Shown piece by piece: positions 7,701 to 15,853 of a stretch of 25,117 nucleotides of DNA (position 1 is the stretch's first letter; the number at the start of each line of letters is the position of its first letter). A model generated the notes under the pieces. It saw only the letters and a program-made list of their open reading frames with translations, searched no databases and was not told the origin of the DNA. The stretch is from a virus (Duplodnaviria > Caudoviricetes). Both the position numbers and the translations under genes were made by a program. The DNA lies in the IMG/VR virus record IMGVR_UViG_3300034788_000938, positions 1 through 25,117 of that record; one strand, written 5' to 3'.

Positions 7701-9669
7701 ATCAGCATCATTTGTAGAAGGTTCAGCTTCCCACACTGCTACTACTTCCTCTCAAATAACCACTCAGTCTACTGGTAGCAAGGTCATTACTCTTACCGAG
7801 ACGACTTGGTTTAAAGTAATGCACTATAGTAGTGCTACAAATAGTGGTGAAGGATTTGGTAGAAGGCAATCATCTAATAGTAGCACTGAAACTGGAACTA
7901 ACATTTATACTCAAGTAAGAATTGAAGATTTAGCAACCGCTGTAAAAGATGTAGGAACAACTAAAATTGCAATCATACAGGATGAGAAACCAGAAAGCAC
8001 TAATGGTGGTACAGTTTCTAATGTAGACACCTGGTTAGTAAGAGATTTAAATACAATAACTGACCCTAATTCTGTTGGTATCACCAGTGCGACTGATGGT
8101 AAATTTTCATTACCAGCTGGAAGTTACGCAATAAACTTTAGTGCTCCTGCTTTTCATGTTGATGAGTTCCAAGCGAGATTAGCTTACAATTCAAATGAAA
8201 ACTTCAGTGGAACTACAAATTATGTTTATGGAAGTAGTCAGTTTTCTGGGTTTACAGCTTCGAGTTTAGGAGATATAACTTCTCATAGCACAGATAGGTC
8301 TCGTGGAGATGCCATAGTAAATTTGACCTCCGAAACGTGGTTTAGAATAGAACAAAGTTTTGAAACTAGTCCAGCTGATGGTGCTGGTAATAAATTTGAT
8401 TATGCTTTAGGAGTTGATGCTCATAGAGGCACTGGTGCAAAGGAAGTATACACACAAGTAATAGTTCAAGATTTAGCAACTGCATTAAAATCAGGTGTTA
8501 CCATTGGAGATAAAATTGAAGAGGGTAATACAAAGGCAGAGGTAGTTGATACTGGAACAGACGGAAAATTTGTAGTAACAACAGAAGGAGTAGAAAGAAT
8601 TATTGTAGATCCAAGTGGATATTTAAACGCAAGAGCAGATATAAGATTAAGAAGAACTTCAACTAATGATGGTGGATTATATTTTGGAGATAGTAATAAT
8701 AATTATATTTTTGGATCTGATGCAGATGATGTTTTAACTTTCGCTACTAATGGTACAGAAAGACTTCGTATCGGACAAACTGGAGTGACAACTAGTTACT
8801 TGGGAACAGGTAACTCTGATAGTTTTAATATTCAAGGTAACGCATCTCAAGGTAGAACAACATTTAATGTTATAGCAGGTAATGCTGATTCAAATGGAAG
8901 CACCTCTATGCGTTTGACTCGCTCAAATGGGAATCAACCCTTGAATTTATTCATAGAACATGATAGTGATGATGGTAATATTATGAATCCTATTCAAGGT
9001 GGTAATTTGAAATTCCATACAAATGCATCTGGTTCTTCTTTAGAAAAAATGAGAATCACATCATCTGGATTGGTACTTATTAAATCAACTGGACAATTAT
9101 TAAATGAAAGTGCTTTAGGTGTGTATTCATCAGGAAATACTTGTGTCTTGAAAGCTGACGGTGCTACAACTCATAACCCTTTAATATGTTGGAATGCTCA
9201 TGGTTATACTGGTATGAGAAACTTAATACAATTTGGAGTTACACACAGTAATGGAAGTTATCTTGCTCGTGGTTCAATAACGACAAATGGAACAGCCACT
9301 TATTACAATGCTTCTTCTGACTACAGAATGAAACAAGATGAAGTTTTAATAACTGATGGCATAGAGAAAGTAAAATCATTAAAACCAAGAAGATTCAAAT
9401 GGAAAGATAATCTTGATTTAGGTATGTGTGATGGATTTTTTGCACATGAAATTGAAGATGCTACACCTACTTCTCAGGCAACTCTTGGTACAAAAGATGC
9501 TGTTGCCACAGAGTCAGATGTTAACGTAGGATTAGCGACATCAATAGGTGATCCCATTTATCAACAAGTAGATCAATCAAAACTAATACCTGTTTTAACC
9601 GCAGCATTAAAAGAAGCAATAGCAAAAATTGAAACTCTTGAAGCAAAGGTTGCTGCACTTGAAGGATAA
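4735..9669 (+). CDS. Large mosaic tail fibre: collagen segments, two tail-collar domains, a duplicated beta-domain, and a C-terminal peptidase S74 intramolecular chaperone
   Basis: N-terminal FNFPNSPSDGDTHTENGLTYVWDG anchor and G-X-K tracts (4858-5130, 5646-5763). Collar motifs GGIVAWSG...LCDGS...FNLPDLSGRFVVG (from 5131) and GTIVAWAG...LCDGS...VPDLRDRFVIG (from 6922). ERLRI repeats. S74 motif SDYRMK...LKPRRFKWK...GFFAHE...LIPVLTAALKEA plus a coiled coil (9316-9669). Confidence 0.88.
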   Translation: MAAFNFPNSPSDGDTHTENGLTYVWDGTNGAWKRSPASLSKGVKGDKGDAGTDGDKGSKGDNKGEQGDKGEPGDVTAKGAKGEPGDKGDEGDKGDKGDVEAQGNKGDEGQKGEPGDKGDEGVKGETGSTGAGMAVGGIVAWSGSASSLPDGYFLCDGSAKSRTTYDALYAVIGTTHGAGDGSTTFNLPDLSGRFVVGYDSNNNIFDVADKGGSADATLVAHGHTINDPGHFHTTVDYVARSGYAEPRNFGVGTDGNANNTGNTNSKTTGITINSNGSSATNANLPPYYALAYIIQYAQGGDVAKGQKGEAGSDGTNGTDGDKGQKGEAGADNSTKGQKGEAGSGGGDSVWETTSAGINTSSNVGIGTDLSGSNTHLLHLFNGTGCGTIGAGVGELVVESNNAATIQLLSPSNNINPQTIFFGDESSGQSGRIQYSHSSDAMLFKTNGNNERLRITSTGQLNIAGDMQFTAANPELEFNNGGPRFRVPGDNTLAIHKGGGLGTTDDEVVRITQEGNVGIGTTNPDDPVLSTNTNKLAVGIVTCHQLYVNGNEITGSGGSGSGGSSFVLLAEQSASGTEVEFTGIPADAQEITVMFRGVSLNANNNMLVQLGYSNSWIASGYVSNSENTNGSDEAHSTNGFAIFGSSGSAEFHGSMIINKSSSSSYTEIGEFRKANSGGCHARGSLSSVSGAVERLKVTIMNQNNQDAFDAGTISVSYKTSGSGGGGGVSSDPVGTIVAWAGSVASIPNEYQLCDGSVAQTTTLQSITGTNVPDLRDRFVIGANDVAAESAYPEVGIGSTGGSANAVLLSHTHGYKSANHPTSTGPEQNQGGGVEDRTTFNVDKTTTSTGIDASGTTKDDGSVSATNANLPPYYALCYIIKHTATSVSGTSKVALLKDEKNNQVNGGTFTASGWRDRDLTVKEDPSNFVTFTATPNGQSTIGSGNTPGYWSLPAGTYKIDWSAPAHEVARHKTRLVYSTTQSHISTAGLDASASFVEGSASHTATTSSQITTQSTGSKVITLTETTWFKVMHYSSATNSGEGFGRRQSSNSSTETGTNIYTQVRIEDLATAVKDVGTTKIAIIQDEKPESTNGGTVSNVDTWLVRDLNTITDPNSVGITSATDGKFSLPAGSYAINFSAPAFHVDEFQARLAYNSNENFSGTTNYVYGSSQFSGFTASSLGDITSHSTDRSRGDAIVNLTSETWFRIEQSFETSPADGAGNKFDYALGVDAHRGTGAKEVYTQVIVQDLATALKSGVTIGDKIEEGNTKAEVVDTGTDGKFVVTTEGVERIIVDPSGYLNARADIRLRRTSTNDGGLYFGDSNNNYIFGSDADDVLTFATNGTERLRIGQTGVTTSYLGTGNSDSFNIQGNASQGRTTFNVIAGNADSNGSTSMRLTRSNGNQPLNLFIEHDSDDGNIMNPIQGGNLKFHTNASGSSLEKMRITSSGLVLIKSTGQLLNESALGVYSSGNTCVLKADGATTHNPLICWNAHGYTGMRNLIQFGVTHSNGSYLARGSITTNGTATYYNASSDYRMKQDEVLITDGIEKVKSLKPRRFKWKDNLDLGMCDGFFAHEIEDATPTSQATLGTKDAVATESDVNVGLATSIGDPIYQQVDQSKLIPVLTAALKEAIAKIETLEAKVAALEG
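4909..4959 (+). repeat. 51-bp exact direct repeat, copy 2 (copy 1 at 3426-3476)
   Basis: Base-by-base identity with 3426-3476. The match continues after 2 mismatches for 10 more bases (AGCAAAAGGT). Confidence 0.92.
4986..5025 (+). repeat. 40-bp exact direct repeat, copy 2 (copy 1 at 3176-3215); 4974-5008 is also repeated at 5064-5098
   Basis: Direct sequence comparison. Confidence 0.88.
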
Positions 9670-9672
9670 ATA
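9666..9672 (+). promoter_or_regulatory. T4-type late promoter box (ATAAATA) containing the fibre stop codon
   Basis: GGATAAATAAAA: the stop TAA at 9667-9669 lies inside the box, which ends 20 nt before the ATG at 9693. Confidence 0.6.
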
Positions 9673-9692
9673 AAAACAATCATAAGTTAAAT

Positions 9693-9887
9693 ATGGAAGA
9701 TTTTGTTCTTAATGTTGTAGTAGACTTATGCTCTCGAAGTTTTTCTCTAGTGAGTGAACATGGAGATATTAGAAATATTAAATGTGATACCGTAGATGAG
9801 TTTTTGAGAGTGTTAAGAGTATGTGACGAATTACTTCCACCAGACGCAATAATTTACAAGGAGTTGGCAACCCAGAAGGACAAGTAA
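9693..9887 (+). CDS. Small hypothetical protein (64 aa, acidic, three Cys)
   Basis: ATG-to-TAA ORF that fills the gap between two giant structural genes and has its own late box upstream. Confidence 0.7.
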   Translation: MEDFVLNVVVDLCSRSFSLVSEHGDIRNIKCDTVDEFLRVLRVCDELLPPDAIIYKELATQKDK

Positions 9888-9928
9888 ATAAATAATGACT
9901 TGACTGGGAAGCTAAATAGACCTAGTAT
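9888..9928 (+). promoter_or_regulatory. Promoter cluster: late boxes ATAAATA (9888-9894) and CTAAATA (9912-9918), plus a possible sigma70 promoter TTGACT-N17-TAGTAT (9900-9928)
   Basis: Motifs read directly in the 80-bp intergenic region before the 1955-aa gene. Confidence 0.55.
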
Positions 9929-9967
9929 AGTATGGTATTGCCATCAAATTTATAGTAGATAAAAAAG

Positions 9968-12900
9968 ATGCCTCTTAATAAGCTAGAGAATTTCATAAAG
10001 AATGCTGAAGGACGTATACTTTATGTAAATCCAAATGATCTTGATTCAACCGATGGTATAGAAAATCAAGGAAACTCCTTAACGAAACCCTTTAAAACTT
10101 TACAGAGGGCATTAATCGAAGCAGCAAGATTTTCATATCTGAAAGGTAATGATAATGATTTTGTAGAGAGAACAACTATACTTTTATTTCCAGGCGAACA
10201 TATAGTAGATAATAGACCAGGTTTTGGTATTAAATCAGAGTCAGGACAAGCAAAGGCAGTAAGTCCTGGTGGCGATTCAACAGGAGCAATCAATACTTTA
10301 TCACTTACATTAGACTCAAATTTTGATTTAACACAGGAAGATAATATACTTTACAAGTTTAATAGTGTAAATGGTGGAGTCATAGTTCCAAGAGGAACCT
10401 CTATAGTTGGATTAGACTTAAGAAAAACGAAGGTAAGACCAAAATATGTTCCAAACCCAACAGATAATAATGTAAAACAAAGTGCAATATTTCGTATCAC
10501 AGGTGCTTGCTACTTCTGGCAGTTTACCATCTTCGATGGAGATGAACTTGAAACAGTTTATACAGACCCTATTAATTTTAATACTACAAACAAATCTATT
10601 CCAACATTTTCTCACCATAAGTTAACTTGTTTTGAATATGCTGATGGTATTACTAGATTAGAACAATATAGTGAACTTACAGATTTAGATATTTACTATA
10701 GTAAATTATCAAACGCATATAATAAAGCATCTGCTAATAGAGAGATAACTCAAAAATATCCATCTGCTCCAAAGGGATTTGCCCCACAACGACCAGAATT
10801 TGAAATTGTTGGTGCTTTTGCGACTGACCCTCTTAATGTAACAAAAATCGAGTCTGGAGATGGTGCTACACCAGGACAAGTTGTCACAGTATCAACTTCT
10901 GTACCACATAATTTAACTGGTGGTACTCCAATTAAAGTTAGAGGTGTTAATGTTGCTGATTATAATATTTCAACAAAGGTTTCAAGTGTAATAAATGAAA
11001 CTAAATTTACTTATTTGTTACCGTTTGTAAGGGGCAATTTACCTGCTGGTGAAGTAGGTGGATTAAGTTCTGCAAACGCACAGGTATTGGTCGAAACTGA
11101 TACAGTATCGGGAGCATCTCCATACATCTTTAACATATCAATGCGTTCAGTATATGGTATGCAAGGTATGCATGCTGATGGTAAGAAAGCAACTGGATTT
11201 AAATCAATGGTTGTGGCACAGTTTACGGCTGTATCACTACAAAAAGACGATAGAGCATTTGTTAAGTATGATAAGACAAATCGCAGATATAACGGAATTG
11301 TATTCTCAAAACAAACTGGTGAGCTACTTTCATCTGAGTCATCATCTACAAATCCAAACACTGTATATCATTTAGATCAAGAAGCGAATTATAGAAAAGG
11401 TTTCCGTACAACACATATCAAAGTATCAAATGATGCTGTTGTTCAAATTGTATCTGTATTTGCGATTGGTTTCCATAGTCATTTTAATATGATAAACGGT
11501 GCTGACGCATCTATAACAAACTCCAACTCTAACTTTGGTACATTTGCACTTGCAGCAGAGGGATTTAAGAAAGAAGCATTTGCTAAAGATGATAAGGGAT
11601 TTGTAACATCAATTATTACTCCACGTTCGATTGTTACTGAAGAGCAAAACATTGAATATCTTCAACTTGATGTATCAGAGACAACATCATCTAGAGCTTA
11701 TTTGCTTGGATATAGTGATGAAACTTTACCACCATCACATTTTGCCCAAGGATATCGAATCGGTGCAAAGGTAAATGAAAAATTATATATTGACAAGGGT
11801 GGTAGCACTCCATTTGAAGCGACCATTGTGATGGCAAAAGGAGCAACTAATTCCACCACAGGCACATCTTTTACATCAGAAAAAGTATATAAAGGAGTTC
11901 ATAGTTCTCCTACATTCTTCAAAAAATCTTCATATAAACTCAGAGTAAATCATGAGTTAGAAACTGGAGAATCTGTAAGACTAATATCCGACTCAGGAAA
12001 TCTACCAGAAAATATTGATCCACATAGAGTTTACTATGCGATTACAACTACAGTTGACTCAGACTTAGCGGGAGATGAAATTAAATTAGCATCATCATTT
12101 GCTAACGCTCAAAATGGTGTGTTTATTGATTCAGTATCTAATTTGGATGAATTTAATATTGTAAGTAGAGTATCTGATAAAAAACCAAATGATGCTGGTC
12201 ATCCAATCCAATATGATGGTACGAAAACACAGTGGTTTATCCATACAAGCACATCTGGTAATAGTATTCACAATGGTACATCAATATATTCTGGTGCTGA
12301 TGACAGAGACATTAGTTATATTCTAAGAAATGAAGATAATCGTGGATTAGATGACAAGACATACAAAATAAGATATGTTGTTCCTAAAGAATTAACAAAT
12401 GGTAAAGATCCAACTGACGGATTTGTACTACAGGATTCAAGTTCAACTAACGTATCTTCTAACACTGACTTTACAAAAACAGAGATTACTGCTAATAATT
12501 TTGATTTTGAACGTAATACTAGATTTATATCAAACGCTGTATTCGTAAGTGGTCCTCCTGCAAAGGCAGTTGTTAGGACAGATAAACCTCATAATTTAAA
12601 TGTTGGTGATCAAATTATTATTAGAAATATTAAATGTTCTATTAATCAAAATGGTGTAGATGATAAAGGATTCAATGGTACATTCATTGTAACTGATAGA
12701 GATAATAGCAAGGAATTTAGATACTCAAACGTTGATGTAGAGGGTGTAGCACATTCAATGGGTACATTCATTAATACCACATCAACAAGGGATAACCAAC
12801 TTCCTAGAGTTAATCGTAACAATAATAATGAAAACTTATTTGTTTATAGATCAACAGTTATAACTCCATATATTGAGAATGTACAGGATGGTATCTATCA

Positions 12901-15835
12901 TTTATTTGTATTAAATTCAAATAATAAGATGGTTGATCCATCTAGTGAGTTTTCTGATGATAAGTTTAATCAAAATATTGTTAATCTATATCCAGAATAT
13001 GATCGTGATAATGTAAATGATAATCCACCTGAAGCAAATTCATTTGCTAAGAATTTTCCTATAGGTGATGTTGTAACCAACGATTTAAAGAAAAGTATTA
13101 CAAGAGAATCTACAAATAATTTCATAAGTGGTTTTGATGTTAGTAATACTATTTCATCAATATCCACAAATGTTGCTGGTACTCTTGCAACACTTACATT
13201 TGATAAAGAACACAGTTTTGAATCATTAAAATATGTTTCACCTAGTTCGTTAACTGGTGGTTCTAATCATCTACCAGCATCAGGTCAAGCAACATATCAT
13301 AATATTAAATTATTAAACAATACTTCTACAGCATCCAATTCTAACTGGGATGGAGCGACTGCAAATGTTACAGTTCAAAATGGTGTTGCTATTGCTGCTA
13401 CAATTACTGATGGTGGTTCTGGATACAAAAATGGAGAACAACTTTACTTTGATTCACAAGACGTTGTAACTGGTGGTATTGGTGGAAACGCTAGTGGATT
13501 TGTTGTAACGTCAGATGTTGGTATATCATCTGCAACTGGTTGTTATGTGCAAATCACTGGTATATCAACTGGAACCGACTCATACCATAGAATTAATAGT
13601 ATTACCTCTAAAAATTCAATATCAATTCACAAAGAAGCTAGTGATTTATTGTTGATTGGTCAACAAGTTGTTGATATGGGTGCTTGGTCTTCTATCAAAA
13701 GTGGTTCTAAAATATATGACTCTGTTGCAGGGATCGTAACTATAACATCTCACTCAGCAACCAGTTTAATGGTTGGAAACAGTTTTAGACTTCTTAATGC
13801 TTCTAATGAAAGTTTAGGTGATTTTATAGTTAATACTCATTCTAGTTCAGTCAATGCTACAACTGGTCAATTAGAAGAAACTATATCTGCAAAATCACCA
13901 AGTGATATTACAAGTCCAGTATATATTTTAAAACATGGATTATCTGCTCATGACGCTGCATCAGGTGTAGGAGAGGAAAATGTTGCAGTGAGAGGTATGT
14001 CTGTTTATGACCATGATTATCTCGTAGCAAACGAAGATATTGATAAGTCAGAAACAAGTATTCAAATATTATTATCTAATGGTAATACAGTTGGTGAAAA
14101 TATAATGTCACGTTTCCCAATAGGTTCTTACGTGCAGGTAAATGATGAGATAATGAGAATTGCGAAGAACACTCTAGGTGGTGGACAAGCAATAGAGGTT
14201 ATTCGTGGTGTATTAGGTAGTCGAAATAATACTCATAAACAATTCTCACATCTTAAGAAAATAAAACCATTACCAATTGAACTAAGAAGACCATCTATTT
14301 TAAGAGCTTCAGGTCACACATTTGAATACGTTGGTTATGGTCCAGGTAACTATTCTACTGCTCTACCTCAGTTACAGAATAGAACTTTGAGTGAGAGAGA
14401 AGAGTTCTTATCACAGGCACAAGAAACATCTTGTGGTAACGTAGTTTACACTGGTATGAATGATAAAGGTGATTTCTATATTGGAAATACAAAAACATCA
14501 TCAGCAAGTGGACAACAAACAACATTTGATATTCCCGTACCCACTATCACTGGTGAAGATCCAAATCGTTTAAGTATAGTCGCTGACGAAGTTATTGTTA
14601 AAGAAAGACTACTTGTTGAAGGTGGAACATCTAAAAATATTCTATCACAATTTGATGGTCCTGTAACATTCAACGGTTCCGTAAGACATAATGATAACCT
14701 TACTGTTCAAGGTATTGCTAATCTCAATAATACTCTTAATTCAACAAGTATCAATACTGGTTCTCTTGTTGTTAAGGGTGGTGTTGGAATTGCAAAAGAC
14801 ATTTTCATTGGAGGAGATATAAACGGTACTGGTGAGTTTGATGGAAATAGTAACATTTCTGGATTCAATAATGTCACAGCGACTAATTTCATTGGTGATG
14901 GAGCTCAACTAACAAATACTGGTGCAACTTTATTCCCATCAGGCACAAATGGAGATACACAAAGAGTTGTTTTAACTCATCTAACATCAGGCACGATGAC
15001 TTTGGGCACGACTGATGTTGACTTAACATTTACAGCTTCTACAAATACTTTAGCTTGCCCAAACTTTGTTGGTAATTTTGCAGGTAACTCTAATACATCT
15101 ACATTAGCGACTAATGTTGTTGGTGGTGCTAATAGAGTATTATTTAATAGTGGAAATAACACAACCACAACATCTGCTAATTTACAATTTAGTAATTCTT
15201 CAAACTTCCTAACTGGAACAAATCTCCAGATTAAACTTGAAGATGGAAAATCAATATTATTGGGTGGAGGAAGTGATTTACAAATAGTGCATGATGGTGC
15301 AAACTCTGTTGTAAGACATACAACAAATGCAGCGGGAGAACTATTTTTACAAAGTGATGGAATAGTTTATATCTCCAAAACTGATGGAGCCACTACTATG
15401 GCAGAGTTTAATGGTTCTGGTGCAGCGAAATTATTCTGGAGAGGTAATAATCCTAGTGTGAGACTTGAGACAACTGAAACTGGTGTGTTAACATATGGTA
15501 ATCTTGAATCAAAAGGTGATGTCATAGCATTTAGTGCATCTGATATGACATTGAAGAAAGATATTTCACCAATCGAAAATGCACTTGATATGATTAACAA
15601 GTTAAGTGGTAACACATTTACTTGGAGCACTGATTTATTCACTTTACTTCCATATGAAAATGGCACAAAGGATACAGGTATTCTTGCACAAGAAGTTGAA
15701 GCACTTGGATTACCTGGTGTTACAACTACAAGAGGTGATGGTGTCAAGGCAGTTCGTTATGATAGATTAATTCCAGTTTTGATTGAAGCAGTTAAAGAAC
15801 TTACTGCGAAAGTTAAGACTCTTGAAAACAAATAA
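9968..15835 (+). CDS. Giant virion structural/tail fibre protein (1955 aa) with C-terminal peptidase S74 chaperone
   Basis: The N-terminus GRILYVNPNDLDSTD...GNSLTKPFKTLQRAL is of the type found in T4-like cyanophage structural proteins. It has repeated T-xx-PHNL-xxG[D/T] beta-modules, and the C-terminal SDMTLKKD...GILAQEVE...VRYDRLIPVLIEAVKEL (15539-15835) is S74. Confidence 0.85.
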   Translation: MPLNKLENFIKNAEGRILYVNPNDLDSTDGIENQGNSLTKPFKTLQRALIEAARFSYLKGNDNDFVERTTILLFPGEHIVDNRPGFGIKSESGQAKAVSPGGDSTGAINTLSLTLDSNFDLTQEDNILYKFNSVNGGVIVPRGTSIVGLDLRKTKVRPKYVPNPTDNNVKQSAIFRITGACYFWQFTIFDGDELETVYTDPINFNTTNKSIPTFSHHKLTCFEYADGITRLEQYSELTDLDIYYSKLSNAYNKASANREITQKYPSAPKGFAPQRPEFEIVGAFATDPLNVTKIESGDGATPGQVVTVSTSVPHNLTGGTPIKVRGVNVADYNISTKVSSVINETKFTYLLPFVRGNLPAGEVGGLSSANAQVLVETDTVSGASPYIFNISMRSVYGMQGMHADGKKATGFKSMVVAQFTAVSLQKDDRAFVKYDKTNRRYNGIVFSKQTGELLSSESSSTNPNTVYHLDQEANYRKGFRTTHIKVSNDAVVQIVSVFAIGFHSHFNMINGADASITNSNSNFGTFALAAEGFKKEAFAKDDKGFVTSIITPRSIVTEEQNIEYLQLDVSETTSSRAYLLGYSDETLPPSHFAQGYRIGAKVNEKLYIDKGGSTPFEATIVMAKGATNSTTGTSFTSEKVYKGVHSSPTFFKKSSYKLRVNHELETGESVRLISDSGNLPENIDPHRVYYAITTTVDSDLAGDEIKLASSFANAQNGVFIDSVSNLDEFNIVSRVSDKKPNDAGHPIQYDGTKTQWFIHTSTSGNSIHNGTSIYSGADDRDISYILRNEDNRGLDDKTYKIRYVVPKELTNGKDPTDGFVLQDSSSTNVSSNTDFTKTEITANNFDFERNTRFISNAVFVSGPPAKAVVRTDKPHNLNVGDQIIIRNIKCSINQNGVDDKGFNGTFIVTDRDNSKEFRYSNVDVEGVAHSMGTFINTTSTRDNQLPRVNRNNNNENLFVYRSTVITPYIENVQDGIYHLFVLNSNNKMVDPSSEFSDDKFNQNIVNLYPEYDRDNVNDNPPEANSFAKNFPIGDVVTNDLKKSITRESTNNFISGFDVSNTISSISTNVAGTLATLTFDKEHSFESLKYVSPSSLTGGSNHLPASGQATYHNIKLLNNTSTASNSNWDGATANVTVQNGVAIAATITDGGSGYKNGEQLYFDSQDVVTGGIGGNASGFVVTSDVGISSATGCYVQITGISTGTDSYHRINSITSKNSISIHKEASDLLLIGQQVVDMGAWSSIKSGSKIYDSVAGIVTITSHSATSLMVGNSFRLLNASNESLGDFIVNTHSSSVNATTGQLEETISAKSPSDITSPVYILKHGLSAHDAASGVGEENVAVRGMSVYDHDYLVANEDIDKSETSIQILLSNGNTVGENIMSRFPIGSYVQVNDEIMRIAKNTLGGGQAIEVIRGVLGSRNNTHKQFSHLKKIKPLPIELRRPSILRASGHTFEYVGYGPGNYSTALPQLQNRTLSEREEFLSQAQETSCGNVVYTGMNDKGDFYIGNTKTSSASGQQTTFDIPVPTITGEDPNRLSIVADEVIVKERLLVEGGTSKNILSQFDGPVTFNGSVRHNDNLTVQGIANLNNTLNSTSINTGSLVVKGGVGIAKDIFIGGDINGTGEFDGNSNISGFNNVTATNFIGDGAQLTNTGATLFPSGTNGDTQRVVLTHLTSGTMTLGTTDVDLTFTASTNTLACPNFVGNFAGNSNTSTLATNVVGGANRVLFNSGNNTTTTSANLQFSNSSNFLTGTNLQIKLEDGKSILLGGGSDLQIVHDGANSVVRHTTNAAGELFLQSDGIVYISKTDGATTMAEFNGSGAAKLFWRGNNPSVRLETTETGVLTYGNLESKGDVIAFSASDMTLKKDISPIENALDMINKLSGNTFTWSTDLFTLLPYENGTKDTGILAQEVEALGLPGVTTTRGDGVKAVRYDRLIPVLIEAVKELTAKVKTLENK

Positions 15836-15838
15836 ATA
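15832..15838 (+). promoter_or_regulatory. T4-type late promoter box (ATAAATA) containing the stop codon
   Basis: AAATAAATAAC: the stop TAA at 15833-15835 lies inside the box, which ends 15 nt before the ATG at 15854. Confidence 0.62.
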
Positions 15839-15853
15839 ACTAAAAAAATACTG

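Noticed and set aside
9932-9944. ATGGTATTGCCAT small hairpin as a terminator or ncRNA
   Set aside because: The stem is too short and weak, and there is no adjacent U-tract.
4735-15835. Intein, intron, invertase-type shufflon or stop-codon recoding in the giant ORFs
   Set aside because: The ORFs are uninterrupted in the standard code. I saw no intein or homing-endonuclease motifs, no recombinase gene and no inverted crossover sites.
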